Assembly (NCBI GenBank): GCA_051294375.1
Contig: CM119270.1
Location: 13,673,833-13,737,832, forward strand
DNA from: Paraspadella gotoi
Taxonomy: Eukaryota; Animalia; Chaetognatha
Direction of reading: 5' to 3'
DNA: 64,000 nucleotides
Shown here: piece by piece, positions 63,151 to 64,000 of the stretch
Layout: the number at the start of each line of letters is the position of its first letter
Position numbering within the stretch: position 1 is the stretch's first letter
The notes under the pieces: generated by a model
Databases searched by the model: none
Seen by the model: only the letters and a program-made list of their open reading frames with translations
Told to the model about the DNA's origin: nothing
Position numbers and translations under genes: made by a program

Positions 63151-64000
63151 AATCGCCGACGGATCTTCCCCCCCACTTGGGTTTTTTCGTTGCGTCACTT
63201 TTTCCTGCATCGATTGTTGTTGACGTCGATGACGAAAACTTTTATTATACGTAATCACATTCGTTCTTTTCGATCGTTGGTGATGTCACGTTTCTACTCA
63301 AACGTAAACACTTATCATACGTCTTTGAATTTTTTAATTTACAGCTGTTAATCCCAACTTATCGAAGATTACCAAGATAAATCTCGTTTGGACGCGCAAA
63401 TAAGGAAAGGGGGGGGGAATGACAAAAAAAAACTAAGAAACGTTTAAATCTTTTGACGACTGCGCTTTGTCTTTGGATCAAACTGTATTCTATTTCATTA
63501 ACTATGGATTATTCTGTCAATAAGAAAACTATTTGTTTGTATTTCAAACTAGAGCGAGTTTTGATTTTAAACGTTCCGATTTTAGATACTAACTTTTCAA
63601 GAAGATATCTATAAAAAGGTAAGCGGGTTTATTCCTTGCTTACTCATTTGCTTGCTTCCTTGCTTACTCATTTGAGACCTCAAACTTGATAATTAAAAAA
63701 AAAACCATTTGGCCCCACAATCGTATTTTGATCGGCGGTCATCGTTGCTGAAAGAGATAAAGTAATAGGAGCTTCTCGAAAGCAGACTATGACGACGTCA
63801 TTGCTACTGATGATTGATGTCGCCGTCATTTCTGTCGGAAATCAAGGATGTGGGAACGTGCAGGGGCGGCGAGAGGGGGGACACTCTCGCCTCAGGGTCC
63901 CTGAGAAGTGAGAAGAGAGAAAAAAAGAAGGAAAAAAGAAAAAAAAAGAAAAAAGCATAAAAAACAAGAAAGAAGAAGAAAAAAAGAAGAACAAAAAAGA

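Overview
Eukaryotic DNA, most likely from an invertebrate animal: AT-rich short GT-AG introns, mostly GC-rich exons, microsatellites and four N-gaps of a draft assembly. Six intron-containing genes can be read by hand: a synaptophysin/synaptoporin-like MARVEL protein (+), NCKIPSD/SPIN90 (-), a nectin/CADM-like Ig adhesion molecule (-), CLUH/clueless (-), a near-intronless RIM-family active-zone protein with no C2B domain (+), and a latrophilin-like adhesion GPCR with an unusual lectin/EGF ectodomain (-). Five of the six belong to synapse-associated families. Introns carry a deleted Tc1 element, several MITEs (Tc1-type, Harbinger-type, hAT), DINE-1/HINE-like elements, a Helitron candidate and an inverted pair of Penelope-type minimal hammerhead motifs. 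Two large gap-flanked duplications (tandem 2.7 kb, inverted 3.8 kb) are probably assembly artefacts. Best leads: a C-type lectin domain apparently inserted inside an EGF module of the GPCR, twin 108-nt NCKIPSD exons that differ only synonymously over 29 codons, the truncated RIM, and the hammerhead pair. All gene models are manual and no database search was run.
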